In this document: positions 12,227 through 24,891 of the stretch, one piece after another | Numbering within the stretch: position 1 is the first letter of the stretch | Layout: each line of letters opens with the position of its first letter | Assembly: GCF_027921745.1 (NCBI RefSeq) | Contig: NC_079239.1 | Coordinates: 930,001 to 994,000 of the forward strand | DNA: 64,000 nucleotides | Direction: 5' to 3' | Source of the DNA: Schizosaccharomyces osmophilus | Taxonomy: Eukaryota | Position numbers and translations under genes: made by a program | Notes under the pieces: generated by a model | The model's database searches: none | Told to the model about the DNA's origin: nothing | What the model saw: the letters and a program-made list of their open reading frames with translations, nothing else

Positions 12227-12930
12227 TGTTGTTATATTCATACAAGTTATAGTATATTTATATATATATTCTAAAAACTTTGTTAGAGCGAGAATTCGTT
12301 TGTTTGTTTACAAAAAGGAATTCCTCAAAAAATAAAAATAAAATAAAATAAAGAGAGCAAGAGCAAGAGCAAGGATCGTAAAACAAAATGCACATCTCTC
12401 TCTCGTACAGCTTTTAATTTTTGGAAAAACCATCAAAATGGAGGTTGCTTTTCATACAAAGGCAATGAAATGATTTCAATCACATTCAAATACCAAATAG
12501 AGATGCATCGCAAATACAAACAGAAAGCATGTATCTGCACTTTTCAAGCAGAAAAAACAAACATACGTCAATTCAAGAACAATTTACACTTTCGAATGTC
12601 TATAACAATCACTGAATGATGGCAGTGTAATCTGCTTCCTTTAGTACATGAATCCTAGTATTAATTACTATTCGCCCGCAACTTCAAATCGAAAACATCC
12701 TTCCTACTAAGGGCCCCAATTCATCCACTACTCACCGTCAAAACTCTTACATTCGTCTACCATACCTTATAGCTACTCATCCATTATTTACATCAACATC
12801 TCGTATTTTCAGCAGGAAACTCCAAATTAATTCCTAGCTATCCAATAGTTTACTAACTATCATCTAATTAATCAAAACCGTAATAAAACAACCTAAATGC
12901 CCGCAAAGATTATCGTATGCATGAGTCAAT

Positions 12931-15900
12931 TTAGAGCTCATCATCACTGACTTCAAAGCCAGCCTTACGACGAGCCATACGCTCCTTCTTCTTCTTACGG
13001 AGCTCAGCACCAGTGAGCTTCGTGGGCTTCTTAGCCTTTTCGATCTTGTTACCGAAGGCATCGAAGGTATCACCCTCATCCTTTTCTTGGATGCGAGGAC
13101 CAGAACCTTGACCTTGGACCCAGTTGTGACCAGAAGGAGTCATCTTACCATGGTTGACGGCCCAGACTTCCTCAGTCAAACCTTCAGTGAACTCACGGGA
13201 GTGAGTAACTAAGACAACACCACCACCGAAGCTCTTAAGACCCTTAGAAAGGGCACCAAGAGAGTCACGGTCAAGATAGTTGGTGGGTTCGTCAAGGACG
13301 ATAACGTGAGGACGCAACCAGGTGCAAGCAGCCAAAACAAGCTTGACCTTTTGACCACCAGAAAGACCCTTCACACGGGAGTGAGAAACCAATTCAGGTT
13401 CAAGACCCAAAAGACCACAGTGTTCTTCAATCTCCTTACGAACCAAAGGACGGAATTGTCCACTCTTCAAGGCTTCAGCACGGTCAACTTCAGCAACCAT
13501 CTTAGAGTGGCTTTCCATAATTTCACCACGGGGCAACCAAGCGTTGTCGGAAGACATCATGGGAATCCAGCGTTCACTCTTCATACCAATGTTCTCACCA
13601 ACAGTGAAAGAGCACTCGTATTCGTAAGAGTTCTTAAGCTTTCTACGGCTGTGGATACCCAAAATCTTACGAGCAGTACCTTCAATCTTGAAGATTCTGT
13701 TCTTCATGGCTTCCTCATCAGATTCGTTAATGACACGGGAAGCCTTGTCCATAGCTTCCAAATCTTCACCAGATTGGAAACGCCATTGGATGTATTCGGA
13801 AGGAGACTTGTCGGGATGAAGACCAAGGTGAGCGAAAGCAGCTTGGGCAACGTAGGCGATACGACAGTTCTCGTGTTGGTAGATGTCACCAGTGGTGGGT
13901 AACAATTCACCAGTAAGGACCTTAATCAAGGTAGATTTACCAGCACCGTTGGGGCCAATGACAGCAATACGAGAAGAAAGAGAAACTTGGAAAGAAATGT
14001 CAATCAATTGAGGTTGAGAGGTACCTGGGTATTGGAAAGACATGTTGTTAACCTTGACAATAGCACGTTGCTTGGTCTTGACACCTTCCAAGTAACCGGG
14101 CTCGGGGAACCTGAATTCCATTTCGGAAGCACCCAATTCGTAGTAAGACTTGGCAGAAGGGACCTTTTGAACAAATTCAGACATGTTACCAATGTACTTA
14201 CGGAGCTTGAAACGCTCGTAGTGAATGATGGATTGAACAACGTGGTCCAAGAAACCAGAGTCGTGAGAGACAATGATGGAAGAAACGTTCTTTTGACTGG
14301 TCAAGAAGTTTTCTAACCAAGCAACGTTCACAACATCAAGATGGTTGGTGGGTTCGTCAAGCAAAAGAATGTCAGGGTTCTTGAACATGGCACGAGTAAG
14401 AGCCAACTTCATCTTCCAACCACCAGAAAGAGCGCCAATGGGCTTTTCGATGAGCTCGTCAGTGAAAGAGTTCTCCTTCAAAGCCTTAACGACGTCATCA
14501 CTGTTCTTGATGGTAACATTAGGGTCAGACATGATGAAGCCGACAGAAGGAGTATCAGCCTCAGACTCGTCAATGTCGTGTTCGACGTAGACGGTACGGA
14601 GGTGAGTAGGGAAACCTTCAACTTGACCGTTGACAATGGCACGCATGAGAGTGGACTTACCAGAGCCGTTAGGACCGCAGAGACCATAGCGACGTCCACG
14701 CTTAAGACGAAGACGAGTACGGTTAAGAAGAATCTTAGCACCATAAGCAAGAGAGAACTCACAGTTGCAAAGATCTTCACCCTCTTCTTCCTCTTCAAGG
14801 TGAGCACCACGTCCAGGGATCTTGGCAATGGAGCGAGCACGAAGGTCTTCAACGATGGCTTGGACGTTGACTTCAGGAACGAAGGCAGCGACGAAGGGAG
14901 CAACGGTGAGCATCCAGGATTCAGCGTCGCTGTCCTTTTCTTCAACGAGCTGAGCAGCAACAGCGGCGGCATACTTAGCGATGACCTCCTCGTGGTGAGG
15001 AACCTTCTTGTCACCGAGAACAGCCTTCAAAGTCTCACTGCAAACTTCAGGGTTGGCAGCAGTGGAGACTTCAGGGATTTTACCATCGACGACGTTACCA
15101 ACACGTTCCAAGGTAGTAACGGCACGTTCAACGACGGAACGACATTCAGGATCACCAATGGTGTCCTTAATGTGGTACAAGCCGGGCAAGAGTTTAGGCA
15201 AGAAAGGAGCAACGACTTGGGGGTCCTCGACAAGCTTGGACATGTTGTCAATAATGACGGAAGCCTTACGCTTGATAGGGGTAGAACGCTCGTTCAAACC
15301 ACGAGCCAACAAGGGGACCATGATAGACAAGGTAGGGGCTTGAACTTCGGTAACGAAAGTAGTAGCACCCAAAGAGTGGACAGTCTCAGGGACCTCCTCA
15401 GGATGAGCAATACAGTTGATAAGCTCGGGAATGAAACGGTCAATATCAGCGTTGGCAATCAAGGTACAGACCTTAGTCATGGTTTCTCTGGCTTGCTTTT
15501 TGATTTCACCCTTAGTATCCCACATAGATTCGGAAACAACGGGGATAATAGCGGGAAGAGAGTATGAAAGTTGAGAAGGGGAGGTCTCAACGAGAAGGTC
15601 CAAGAGTTGCAAAGAGTTCATCTTCTCAGTCCATTTACCAGTGTTGTGGATAGATTCGAGAATGATTGGAACGGTAGCCTTTACAGCATAAGGAGAGGTG
15701 CTACGAAGAACGGCGCGAGAAGCGTTGATGGCAGCGTCTCTGACACTCATTTGCTTGTCGGCAACCTTTTCGACAACAGCAGGCAAAAGTTCAACCAAGT
15801 AAGGTTCAACATCAGCAGCAACGTTGGGGTAGTTGGCGACGGCCTCGATACCCTTCAAAACCCGTTCGACAATCTTCTTGTCCTTAAGTTGCTTTTCAAT

Positions 15901-16068
15901 GTGCTTGAAAACCAAAGCAGGGGCATCTTGCTCCTCAATGGGTCCGTTGACAAAGGATGCAAGGGCCGAAGCGGCGTCAGCCTCCTGTGCGGTATCGCAC
16001 ACGGTAAGGTTATTCAACAACTCGTCAAGAGTTTTGACTGACTGCTTATTCTCACTCTTTGCAGACAT
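12931..16068 (-). CDS. tef3: Translation elongation factor eEF3, 1045 aa (ATG at 16068)
   Basis: HEAT repeats plus two ABC cassettes ([42 protein letters not shown]). Strong codon bias typical of a highly expressed gene. Confidence 0.97.
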   Translation of the reverse strand: MSAKSENKQSVKTLDELLNNLTVCDTAQEADAASALASFVNGPIEEQDAPALVFKHIEKQLKDKKIVERVLKGIEAVANYPNVAADVEPYLVELLPAVVEKVADKQMSVRDAAINASRAVLRSTSPYAVKATVPIILESIHNTGKWTEKMNSLQLLDLLVETSPSQLSYSLPAIIPVVSESMWDTKGEIKKQARETMTKVCTLIANADIDRFIPELINCIAHPEEVPETVHSLGATTFVTEVQAPTLSIMVPLLARGLNERSTPIKRKASVIIDNMSKLVEDPQVVAPFLPKLLPGLYHIKDTIGDPECRSVVERAVTTLERVGNVVDGKIPEVSTAANPEVCSETLKAVLGDKKVPHHEEVIAKYAAAVAAQLVEEKDSDAESWMLTVAPFVAAFVPEVNVQAIVEDLRARSIAKIPGRGAHLEEEEEGEDLCNCEFSLAYGAKILLNRTRLRLKRGRRYGLCGPNGSGKSTLMRAIVNGQVEGFPTHLRTVYVEHDIDESEADTPSVGFIMSDPNVTIKNSDDVVKALKENSFTDELIEKPIGALSGGWKMKLALTRAMFKNPDILLLDEPTNHLDVVNVAWLENFLTSQKNVSSIIVSHDSGFLDHVVQSIIHYERFKLRKYIGNMSEFVQKVPSAKSYYELGASEMEFRFPEPGYLEGVKTKQRAIVKVNNMSFQYPGTSQPQLIDISFQVSLSSRIAVIGPNGAGKSTLIKVLTGELLPTTGDIYQHENCRIAYVAQAAFAHLGLHPDKSPSEYIQWRFQSGEDLEAMDKASRVINESDEEAMKNRIFKIEGTARKILGIHSRRKLKNSYEYECSFTVGENIGMKSERWIPMMSSDNAWLPRGEIMESHSKMVAEVDRAEALKSGQFRPLVRKEIEEHCGLLGLEPELVSHSRVKGLSGGQKVKLVLAACTWLRPHVIVLDEPTNYLDRDSLGALSKGLKSFGGGVVLVTHSREFTEGLTEEVWAVNHGKMTPSGHNWVQGQGSGPRIQEKDEGDTFDAFGNKIEKAKKPTKLTGAELRKKKKERMARRKAGFEVSDDEL

Positions 16069-16155
16069 CCTGGGAGTTGGTTGTTGGTAAGATGGAGGGT
16101 GGTTATTTGTATATGAATCAAAATTGAATGTCAAATTTACGGAAAACAAAACAAA

Positions 16156-16226
16156 CAGTCACAATACAGAGATGAATGAAAAGATCAATTTTAATGTATA
16201 ATTAAAGCGTTCTTTGGATGTGACTG
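16156..16226. promoter_or_regulatory. Two HomolD boxes upstream of tef3
   Basis: Exact CAGTCACA at 16156..16163 and TGTGACTG at 16219..16226. HomolD is the core promoter element of fission-yeast ribosomal-protein and translation genes. Confidence 0.7.
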
Positions 16227-16868
16227 TCTTTTGTTTCGTCCCTTTTTGGTGGTGGCAAGTGGTCGCTTCTGAAAGGCAAATTTGTAGGGACTAAAGTGGG
16301 CGGCGATTTTTGTTGTTTAGTTTTGATTAAGCGATAGGAATTGGAATCCAGTATAGTATATTAGTGTATCATGAAGCATTGCCTAAGTAAACAAAAAACA
16401 AATAATTCATGGAAAATTTACAACAATCATTATTTATTTTTTAGTTTATGAGATTGTATATCGAAAGGTATTTTCACGTTTGTCAGGTAATACCTCTCTT
16501 GTCGTATTGGATGTACAAGTTTTCTAGTATTTTTGCTTTAAGCCTGGAACTCAAAGCTTTCGAAATGCTCTACTTGTTTTAGCAAAACGGTTTTTCTTAG
16601 TACTTGAAAACAATATTTAATTTTCTACTTATGCTTTTCTTTCGTTTCTCGAAGATGGAAATGTTCTTGTTCACATCCACCGTTAGTATCGTATCGTACA
16701 CCTCATGAGAAAGAAATCAACACAGACAACACCTTTTCTACCTCATAAAAATATTGTTTATAATCCAGTTTTCAACCAAAATTAAATTAAAAACACACAA
16801 AGATAAGAAATAGTCCATGTTGATGTTTAATTTTTGATATAGGAACGATTTACCTCTCTATAGTGACT

Positions 16869-19800
16869 ATGGAGGAACGTTCATCAAACTCAGACGAGAA
16901 TGATGCCAAATTCCTTCACCTTTTAGCCGACGATTTTTCTGGTCTGTCTTTAAACGATGAAGAAGTTGCTATTTTACGTTCCCATCTTCGCTATCGAAAG
17001 AATTCACATAGCTCTAATAGTGAACACAATCAAGCAGGGTCAGATTCCAATGTGCATACAAAGGAGGAAAAAGGAAAAGAAAACATTTCATTTGACGAAA
17101 ATATCAAACCAAGTTTCGATCAGGTAGAAGAGTCGACACTTTCTAAACCCCTTTACCATAAGGAAGAAGCTGAATCTAGTTTACAGGAACATCATAGAGA
17201 ATTTGATCATTTTTTATCATCTCCTTCATCAGGAAATGTTTCTTCTACGCCCAACAAACAGGTTCAAAACAACGCTCCTTTAACTCCCTTATCCTTGATC
17301 TCCAAAGGGATTTCTTTAAATAGCGACGATGAAACGGATACGGACGAACAACTGTCCCCAGTGCTTACGGCAAAGAAAGCTTATGGGGACTTGAACTATC
17401 CTTCAACTTTGTATCATTCGGATGACGATTCTTCTAGTGAATCATTCCCTCGTGAACAGGTAATCCTTAGCGATGATTTGGAACACGAGAATCATCAAAA
17501 GCCCGGATACCTTACTCCCATTAAAGAAGAAAATTCCTCAGCGTACTCGTCGCGAATCCCAGATACTACGGGTTTGAGCCGAAAAATCTCTGACATATCC
17601 ATCCCTGCATCTGCAATGAAAGAGTTGGAAGAGAAAAAGAGCCTTCTAAGTAAAGAGTTCCGAGATGCTCCACCAGGTGCCTCTTTGACTTTAAAAGAAC
17701 AAGCGAACGTTATAGACAATCTTCGTAAAGAAGCATTTGGCCTTAAGCTGAAATGTTTTTTCTTGTATGACCAACTAAACAAATTTCACGACTCTGAGGT
17801 TCAAGATATAATGAAGCAAAATATAGACTTGAAAACTGTTACATTACAAATGCAGCGTGCAGTGGCTAGTTATGAAAAGAAGATATCTTCATATGAAAAT
17901 AAGCCCTCTACTGCTTCATCAGATGCTCTACAGTCGAAATTGTTTGATTTGGAAAAAAAAAATTCAGAAACTCTTTCCGAATTACAGTCTACGAAAAAGG
18001 CACTGATTAAACTTGAAAAAGAACGGCAGAAACAACTGAATCCTGTATATGATGCTTATCATGGTAATGAGCAGAGTACTCTTTCTTCTTTATTGGATTG
18101 CGAGCGTCGTGAAAAAGAAAGCTTGTTACACGAAGTTGACTCTTTGCGTAGCTTGCTTGCTCAAAAAAGTCAGATTCAACCGCGGACATCTGATGAAAGG
18201 GTTATACTGAGTTTGCAGCGTACTAATGATCTTTTGAGGAAAGATCTTGGTGCACAGAATGAAGCCTTTCTATTCCAGATGGAGGAGAAGGACAAGCTTA
18301 TGCAAGAAATGGAAGAGCTTCGAAGTAATCTTGATGCCGCAAAGCTGAATGCAGTAGCTGAAGCTGAAGCAAGTAAAAATGAAATATGGGATTTAATGAT
18401 GGCTTGCAAGATGAAAACACAAGAGCAAGCGGTTGAACTTAGCCAACTTTATAAGCAGTTGGAGGAAATTGAATATGATTGCGAAAATAAACTCGTCAAA
18501 ATGGAACAGCAATGGAAAGATGATGTAGATCAACTACAGCAATATGTGGAGGAGCTTACTCAAGATTTACACACTGCAAAAGACGAGTTGACCAAATCCG
18601 CCAATGACTCCCAAGCATACGAGCGAGCTCTAGATGATTTACGAAGAGGAACTGAAGCAGAAATCAATCATTTTGACAAAACAGTACGTGAAAATGAAGA
18701 AAGTATTGGTTTGTTCAAAGAAGAGATTGAGAAATTAACTGACGAGCTTTCACACCTTTCTGAAAGCTATAATGAAAAGTCAAATGAATTGAAGGTTTCT
18801 GAAAATAAGGTCGCAAACTTACGACAAAAATTAGAAGGCTCAAGTATGCTGTCCTCAGAAATAAACGCTCTAAATAGTCAATTGGAAAATTCCAATAATC
18901 TATGGCAATCAGCAACTGAAGAAAAAGATTCATTAAAAGAAAAGTTAGAATCCATGCATGCTCAAATTGAGGGCATGAAATGTCACAATTTGGAGTCGAA
19001 CAAAAAGGAAAGTGAGCTGCAAAAGCAAGTTGAGAAATTAATAACGGAAATTGATAATCTGAAACACTCACAGGAAGATGAAGGTAAAGAGATTTATACT
19101 TTATCTACCCAGTTAGAAGAAAAGAAACATGAGTTGAGTACAGTTGCCCAAGAAAAGGCGACAATTATGAAAACTCTAGAAACACTAGAAAACCGCTATA
19201 CTGTTTTGCAAAGTAGCTTTTCGTCACTTCAGAGTGCTATTTTAGAAACATTTGACAAGAAAGTTGAGCATTGTTCCGCTGAGTTACTTGTTCGACAGGT
19301 GAAAAAATTAAAGGATGAAAGCAAACGATTAAGTGTTGAAATAGAGAAGTCCACTCGGCAGTTTAGCAGAAATGAACAAATAATCAGAGAAAGGGAAGCT
19401 TCTATGGAGTCTATTCAATCTGAGAAGAAAGAACTAAAAGCCTTACTTGACTCGGAGCGCCGGTCAAAGAAAGTAATGCAATCTGAGCTCGACGCGTTGA
19501 ACTTGCAGAACACTCGTCGTAGTCTCAGCAATTCTTCGAATCCATCTGATCGATCTCAATCTAGGGAATTCAAACTTCTTCAGAATTCCGAAAAGCGCTT
19601 AAAAGACCAAATAGACGAAAGAAATAATCTCATAAAGACAGTCATTGGCCGTTTGATTCAATTATCTGCATCTAATATGATAAGTGGAAGTAGCAGTCCT
19701 GATGCTTTAACGACATTTTCAAGTATGAGTCAGGCAATGCATGGTCAGCTTAAGGACTTAGAAAAGTTTGTTCACGGATTTAGAAAGAAGTGTAAAACTA

Positions 19801-20252
19801 TGGAACGAGACTTTAAAATTGAAATTGGTAGACTTGATACCAACCTGGAGGCTCGAAGCAAAAAGCTTAGTCAGTTGGAAGAACGTTTCCGATTGATGAA
19901 TGTCTCAACTTTAGGACCCCGACCCGCTTCTCCCATGTCTTCAAAAAAAGCAATCACTAACACGGAGTTACCAGATAGCAAGAAATCTTCGCCTGACAGG
20001 TCCGCAGTACAACGTGGCATCACCGCATTGAAACGCGACGCTGAAGGGATGAGCCATATTTGGCAATTGAGGTTACGTGAAATGGAGTTTCAACTTAAAG
20101 CTGAGCAAGAAGGCCGTAAACGTGATAAGTTAGGGGCTCGAGAACGTCTTCAAGATTTAGTCAAGCAAAATCGAAGCCTTTCTCAGCAAATCACGTTTGA
20201 TAAAAATCCACAACGTACTAATTCAGTTTCGTCGCATGAAACAGAGACCTAA
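16869..20252 (+). CDS. mto1: Gamma-tubulin complex linker / MTOC protein Mto1
   Basis: CM1 motif LTLKEQANVIDNLRKEAFGLKLKCFFL, a long coiled coil and a C-terminal MASC-like WQLRLREMEFQLKAEQEGRKRD. Confidence 0.92.
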   Translation: MEERSSNSDENDAKFLHLLADDFSGLSLNDEEVAILRSHLRYRKNSHSSNSEHNQAGSDSNVHTKEEKGKENISFDENIKPSFDQVEESTLSKPLYHKEEAESSLQEHHREFDHFLSSPSSGNVSSTPNKQVQNNAPLTPLSLISKGISLNSDDETDTDEQLSPVLTAKKAYGDLNYPSTLYHSDDDSSSESFPREQVILSDDLEHENHQKPGYLTPIKEENSSAYSSRIPDTTGLSRKISDISIPASAMKELEEKKSLLSKEFRDAPPGASLTLKEQANVIDNLRKEAFGLKLKCFFLYDQLNKFHDSEVQDIMKQNIDLKTVTLQMQRAVASYEKKISSYENKPSTASSDALQSKLFDLEKKNSETLSELQSTKKALIKLEKERQKQLNPVYDAYHGNEQSTLSSLLDCERREKESLLHEVDSLRSLLAQKSQIQPRTSDERVILSLQRTNDLLRKDLGAQNEAFLFQMEEKDKLMQEMEELRSNLDAAKLNAVAEAEASKNEIWDLMMACKMKTQEQAVELSQLYKQLEEIEYDCENKLVKMEQQWKDDVDQLQQYVEELTQDLHTAKDELTKSANDSQAYERALDDLRRGTEAEINHFDKTVRENEESIGLFKEEIEKLTDELSHLSESYNEKSNELKVSENKVANLRQKLEGSSMLSSEINALNSQLENSNNLWQSATEEKDSLKEKLESMHAQIEGMKCHNLESNKKESELQKQVEKLITEIDNLKHSQEDEGKEIYTLSTQLEEKKHELSTVAQEKATIMKTLETLENRYTVLQSSFSSLQSAILETFDKKVEHCSAELLVRQVKKLKDESKRLSVEIEKSTRQFSRNEQIIREREASMESIQSEKKELKALLDSERRSKKVMQSELDALNLQNTRRSLSNSSNPSDRSQSREFKLLQNSEKRLKDQIDERNNLIKTVIGRLIQLSASNMISGSSSPDALTTFSSMSQAMHGQLKDLEKFVHGFRKKCKTMERDFKIEIGRLDTNLEARSKKLSQLEERFRLMNVSTLGPRPASPMSSKKAITNTELPDSKKSSPDRSAVQRGITALKRDAEGMSHIWQLRLREMEFQLKAEQEGRKRDKLGARERLQDLVKQNRSLSQQITFDKNPQRTNSVSSHETET

Positions 20253-20579
20253 TAAAGTCTTAGGACATTCATTCTTTTATTGTTTTTATGGTTTATTTTC
20301 TTTTTTTTTCGTTCTCTTTCAAATATTGTATATTTAGACTTAATAATATTGTAGAATGGGCTTTATACTGCTTACTTCATTCGGTTTTAATTCTTAAATG
20401 GAGAGGATAAGGGAGGTACAATTATGATACTAAAATCGAGGTTTAATTGTAGTTAAAGTAGCTTATGAAAATACTAATCCTTCATAGTCAACACAAATAC
20501 AGAGGTGCTTGAGATGTGTGCCGTATCTCTCAATACTTCATATCATTCAGAAAGTAATCATTAAGAATGATATGTTTGT

Positions 20580-20632
20580 TTTGTTTACCATTGTTTGGAT
20601 ATCATAACATTACACCAGCTTTGTTTGTTTAC
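20580..20632. promoter_or_regulatory. Mei4 forkhead FLEX motifs upstream of mug27
   Basis: TTTGTTTAC at 20580..20588 and TTTGTTTGTTTAC at 20620..20632 (reverse complement GTAAACAAACAAA), lying 65-115 bp before the ATG. Confidence 0.7.
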
Positions 20633-20696
20633 GTTTTGATGATTGATAAATCTCAGTTAATTGAAGAAAGAAAAATGTTCCAGCTTCACTGCAACT

Positions 20697-22772
20697 ATGA
20701 AAAGAAGTAAAGAAGCAGCTCATAATTATGGCATTGATGACTATAAAACAGGAAATCTGAAGGGTCCAATGTTAAATAGCTATGACAAAGAGCTTAAAAA
20801 TCCATTCTCTAATCAGCTAAGGGAGGTTGGCAAAAATAAATCAATAAGGAAGAAAAAGAGAGAATATCAAAATGAAATTCAAGGGAACCCTTTTGCCAAT
20901 TCTAATTTACGAGATAATGATCAAGAAAATGTTCTACCCAGTGTGTCATCTTTAAGTCACGACAAGACCAATGTAACTGATGAGAAAGGGAAACCGTATT
21001 CAAAAAGGACAGTGAGATTAGGTACGATACGATATCAGTTGCTACGGCCTAGTCAAGTGGAAGTATTGAGCCGACCGGAGGTTGCACGAAAAAGAGTAGC
21101 TTGTCAACTCTACTTTCTTAACCATTATATTTCATTTATAGATTACCATAAATTACGAAAAGAGCGTTTAAACCAGTTTGCTCAATGCAGTCAGGATTTA
21201 AAAGCTTCAAAACAAAAAAGATTATGGAAAGAGCACTGCGGACGAGAACGAGCCTTTTTAAGGAAACAAAGGACTAAAGTTCAAAACAATCATTTTGATT
21301 TACTCGTAAAACTTGGACAAGGCGGTTATGGGTCTGTTTGGTTAGCCAAGAAGAAAGATACCCATGAATTTGTAGCATTGAAAATGATGAAAAAAGCAGT
21401 TTTACAACAAATGGGTGAAGTAAGTGTCCTCTGAAATTAACTTCTAACTTGAATTAGGTACGGCACATCTTAACCGAGAGAGATGTTTTGACAAACACAA
21501 ATTCTGAATGGCTTACCAAACTGTTTTACGCCTTCCAAGATCAAAGTTGTGTATACTTGGCGATGGAATATGTACCAGGAGGAGACTTTCGAACATATTT
21601 AGCCATGCACGGGTTGCTTCGTGAAAGACAGATTCGATTTTATCTAGCCGAGATGTTTATGGCAGTCAATGAAGTCCATAAATTAGGCTATACACATAGA
21701 GATTTGAAGCCAGAAAATTTCTTAATTGACAAAAATGGGCATTTAAAGTTGGGGGACTTTGGACTCAGTACAGGACTTGTGAACAGTGCCCAAATCCGAA
21801 AGCTTAGAAAAAACCTTGCGATTGCAGAGGCTCCAAAAAATGCCTATTTAACACAGCGGCAACGGAAAAACATATACAAAGCTTTTTTAGAGAGGAATGG
21901 ATACCGGGTATGAAGCAATGCAACTAGAAATGGTCTAACAGTATATCCTTTAGGCAAATTCGATTGTCGGATCTCCTGAATATATGGCTCCGGAGGTAAT
22001 CTATGGAAATGGTTATGACAAAACTGTAGATTATTGGTCTCTGGGGTGCATTCTGTATGAATGCGCTGCAGGTTATCCACCATTTTCCGGGGCGACAACC
22101 CAAGAGACATGGACGAATCTCTATTTTTGGAAAGATGTTTTGCAAAGACCGGAAAAAAGCAGGAATGATCAGTATGACAAGTCGGCCGTTTGTATTTCAG
22201 ACAATGCTTGGTCATTTATTTTAAAATGCCTAGGTGAGCCGGAGATGCGATTTCAAAGTATGTCGGAAGTTCAAAAGCATCCATACTTTTCAAAGATTCA
22301 TTGGAATCATTTGAGGAGTCACGGAAGGCCACCGTTTATACCTCATTTGAGCGATCAATTGGATACATCGCATTTTGATGATTTTTCAAACGAAGCGGTT
22401 ATGGAAGCATATAAAGATGTCTACGATAAGCAAAGGATGATGGAAGAAAAAATGCGCAAGTGCCATGGATTCGTCAACCAGCGTCCCTTCCAAGGGTTTA
22501 CGTATAAGCATCGTACTAGTCAGTTAAAGCCAGCCAAGCAAGAAGAAGGAAACGAGTGGAAAAAGAAGCGCGAGAGTAAGCCAAAGAAAAAAAAGACGAA
22601 GGATCGTGTGTACAGGAATGAATTGGCTGCTTTGTCTAATTCATCATCCGAAGCCGTTCCCTTGTATCATGAGCTGAAAGCGGAGAAGAAAAGACAAGGT
22701 GGAAGGCAGAAATTGCATCCAAATGATTATTTGAGGAGGAAGGAAAAGGATTACTATGAAGTTTTGTTTTGA
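20697..22772 (+). CDS. mug27: Meiosis-specific Sid2-related NDR kinase Mug27/Slk1; exons 20697..21419, 21458..21907, 21954..22772
   Basis: Introns of 38 and 46 nt join three ORF-track pieces. Motifs GQGGYG, VALK, HRDLKPEN, DFG and SIVGSPEYMAPE, plus the NDR hydrophobic motif FQGFTY. Confidence 0.9.
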
Positions 22773-23569
22773 AATTTCATTGTGGAGAATCTTTTGAGAG
22801 AGAGAGAGACAGACAAATATGTACCGCTTTCAAGGTTTCAAAAGAAATAGTATCTTCGAAAGAACAGAAAATCGAAATGAAAAACAGTAATTATTCATTA
22901 AATAAAGACATCTGTGCATATTTTTCCATTTTGTATTTTAGCTTAGCGATTTTAAAACAAGATAAAGTGTTGCGAAATCGCAAAGTACCGTGCAAGTATG
23001 ACATGGACCCGGGGTAGTAGAACGCGGGGTCGCAAAAATTGAAAAATCGGCCTTTTGAGAGACTATTTGGAGTAGGATAGGATAGGATATACAGAAGAAT
23101 GTTTAATAAAAAAAAAGGGAAGCATTGCCTGTAGATGTATTCCGGAAAAGCGAGAACTGTCGTAATAGAAAGCAAGGGTAGGTTTGCTCGATGTTTATTA
23201 AAGAACAGCATGGTAAGCATTCACGGTAGGTGCAGGAAAAGAGTTTTGCATTGGAGGAGATTCAATGAATGATATTGAATGGCATGGCTGACTGTTGATG
23301 GACATTGACAGAGAGGAAGAGAAACGGGAACGTCTTTCGACGATTGAATAAAAAGTCGACCAACGACTTTTTTCATCTAAATAGTCCGTCCAACTGTTTT
23401 AATTTTCTGATCGAACCTCTTCTCCATCTCCATCTCCATCTCCATGATCAAACAATCCAAAAGTGGTTGCACGACATTCTATCATTTCCTCGGTAGGATT
23501 ATATGCTCTTGGTTGCATTGTAATTTTCAGGTCACTGATGTGATATCCATTCTACTAGATAGCGAAGAC

Positions 23570-23591
23570 AGAGAGAGAGAGAGAGAGAGAG
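23570..23591. repeat. (AG)n microsatellite
   Basis: About 11 AG units, read directly. Confidence 0.85.
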
Positions 23592-24641
23592 GAAGAGAAG
23601 CTCCTCTCGTCAAAAGCAGCAGGACGATGATTCTTACACGTCCACTGAATCATATTTTCATTTATTCCCATTGAAACCGTCTATGGGCTGCATGCTTCCA
23701 AGGCAACGTTGCGATGCAATTGGGGTATGAAGAGGCCAAACAAAGCAAGGCGAAAAGCCCAATCCCAAGCCCAAGCCCAACAAAGAAACATGGAGTCGAA
23801 TTCGAAAAGGAAGAAAAAGAGGATGATAGTAAACAAAGACAAAAGAAGCGAATGTGTTTTGGAGGAGCAAGAGCGCATACCATGACGAAAGAAGCAATTG
23901 GTTTGGGTCGAAACTCAAGACGTAAACGAGATAAGATATTGCATACTTTTCATCGACAAACATAGGTTGGAAACGACTTCTAATGGAGCCTTTTTATGGT
24001 TGTATCAGAAAGAAACATAAAACATGAGAAAAGAAATTTTAATTTTGAATTTTGAACTATGAATTTTGGAACTTATCGTTGACAATGACAATGGATAATG
24101 GGTTGGGTCTTGTGGAAGAAAAAACGGCAATCATCGCCGCCGTCGTCGCCGCCTCCATTGTCATCAGCAAGATATGGAAACCAAGATATTGCTTTTGAAA
24201 GAACAAAAGCATGTCATCCATTATTGGAGAAGAGAACCTTTTTGGTGTGGTTAGAATTTGAATGAGGAATGATAATTGCAATCATTAGGGAATAGATTAG
24301 CCATAGAGGGTCGGAATATAAATTTCGTTACGACTCTTCACATCATTTCTCCAAGCACAATCCAAGACGAAGGGAGACACCAAGAGAGAGAACAACACCT
24401 AGAAAAAGTGGGAGAGACCATGGTGGGTTAGATAGCCGTAATCTAAGGATGACTTTTTGTGAGTATAAAAGAGAAAGGATCGCCTGTTCATGGACGCAAG
24501 GGCTGACCAAAGAGAGATGTTACAAAACATGGTAAAAGAGAAGGAATAAAAGAAAATAAAATGGTTTTCTTTTCAATTGTTATTGTCTTGTAAGGAGATT
24601 TATTGGAGGTACATTTTACTTTTCCAATTCCAACTTTCATC

Positions 24642-24696
24642 CTTCTCTCTCTCTCTCTCTCTTCCTTTCTGCTTCTACTACTACTACTACTACTAC
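24642..24696. repeat. (CT)n followed by (CTA)n microsatellites
   Basis: ctctctct... at ~24645-24662 and about 7 CTA units at ~24675-24696. Confidence 0.85.
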
Positions 24697-24891
24697 CAGC
24701 ACCATTCCTCTTACCGGATAGCGAGGTACACCGAGTTGTCTACACTAACCCTGTCTTCGCTGAACTACGGTACAGTACGTTATACCCACCAACACACCAC
24801 GGAATTCTACGGTATAGGATTTGTTATTCTTTTGAAGAGCAGCTACTCTCTCCCATCCTCTCCGTTTGTTTACATTTTCTTGATTTCCACA

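Noticed and set aside
13306..16041. Long + strand ORFs (198, 109, 408 and 156 aa) antisense to tef3
   Set aside because: They are shadow frames of a strongly codon-biased gene that avoids TTA/CTA/TCA codons, and they show no recognisable motifs.
16069..16149. TTG-initiated extension of eEF3, and similar TTG/GTG starts for mto1, mug27, wss2 and bdf1
   Set aside because: The ORF track allows bacterial start codons; in this eukaryote the first in-frame ATG gives the expected proteins.
24577..24891. 105-aa N-terminal extension of Dad5 and the overlapping poly-Leu/poly-Tyr ORFs
   Set aside because: Non-ATG starts and translation of (CT)n/(CTA)n microsatellites.
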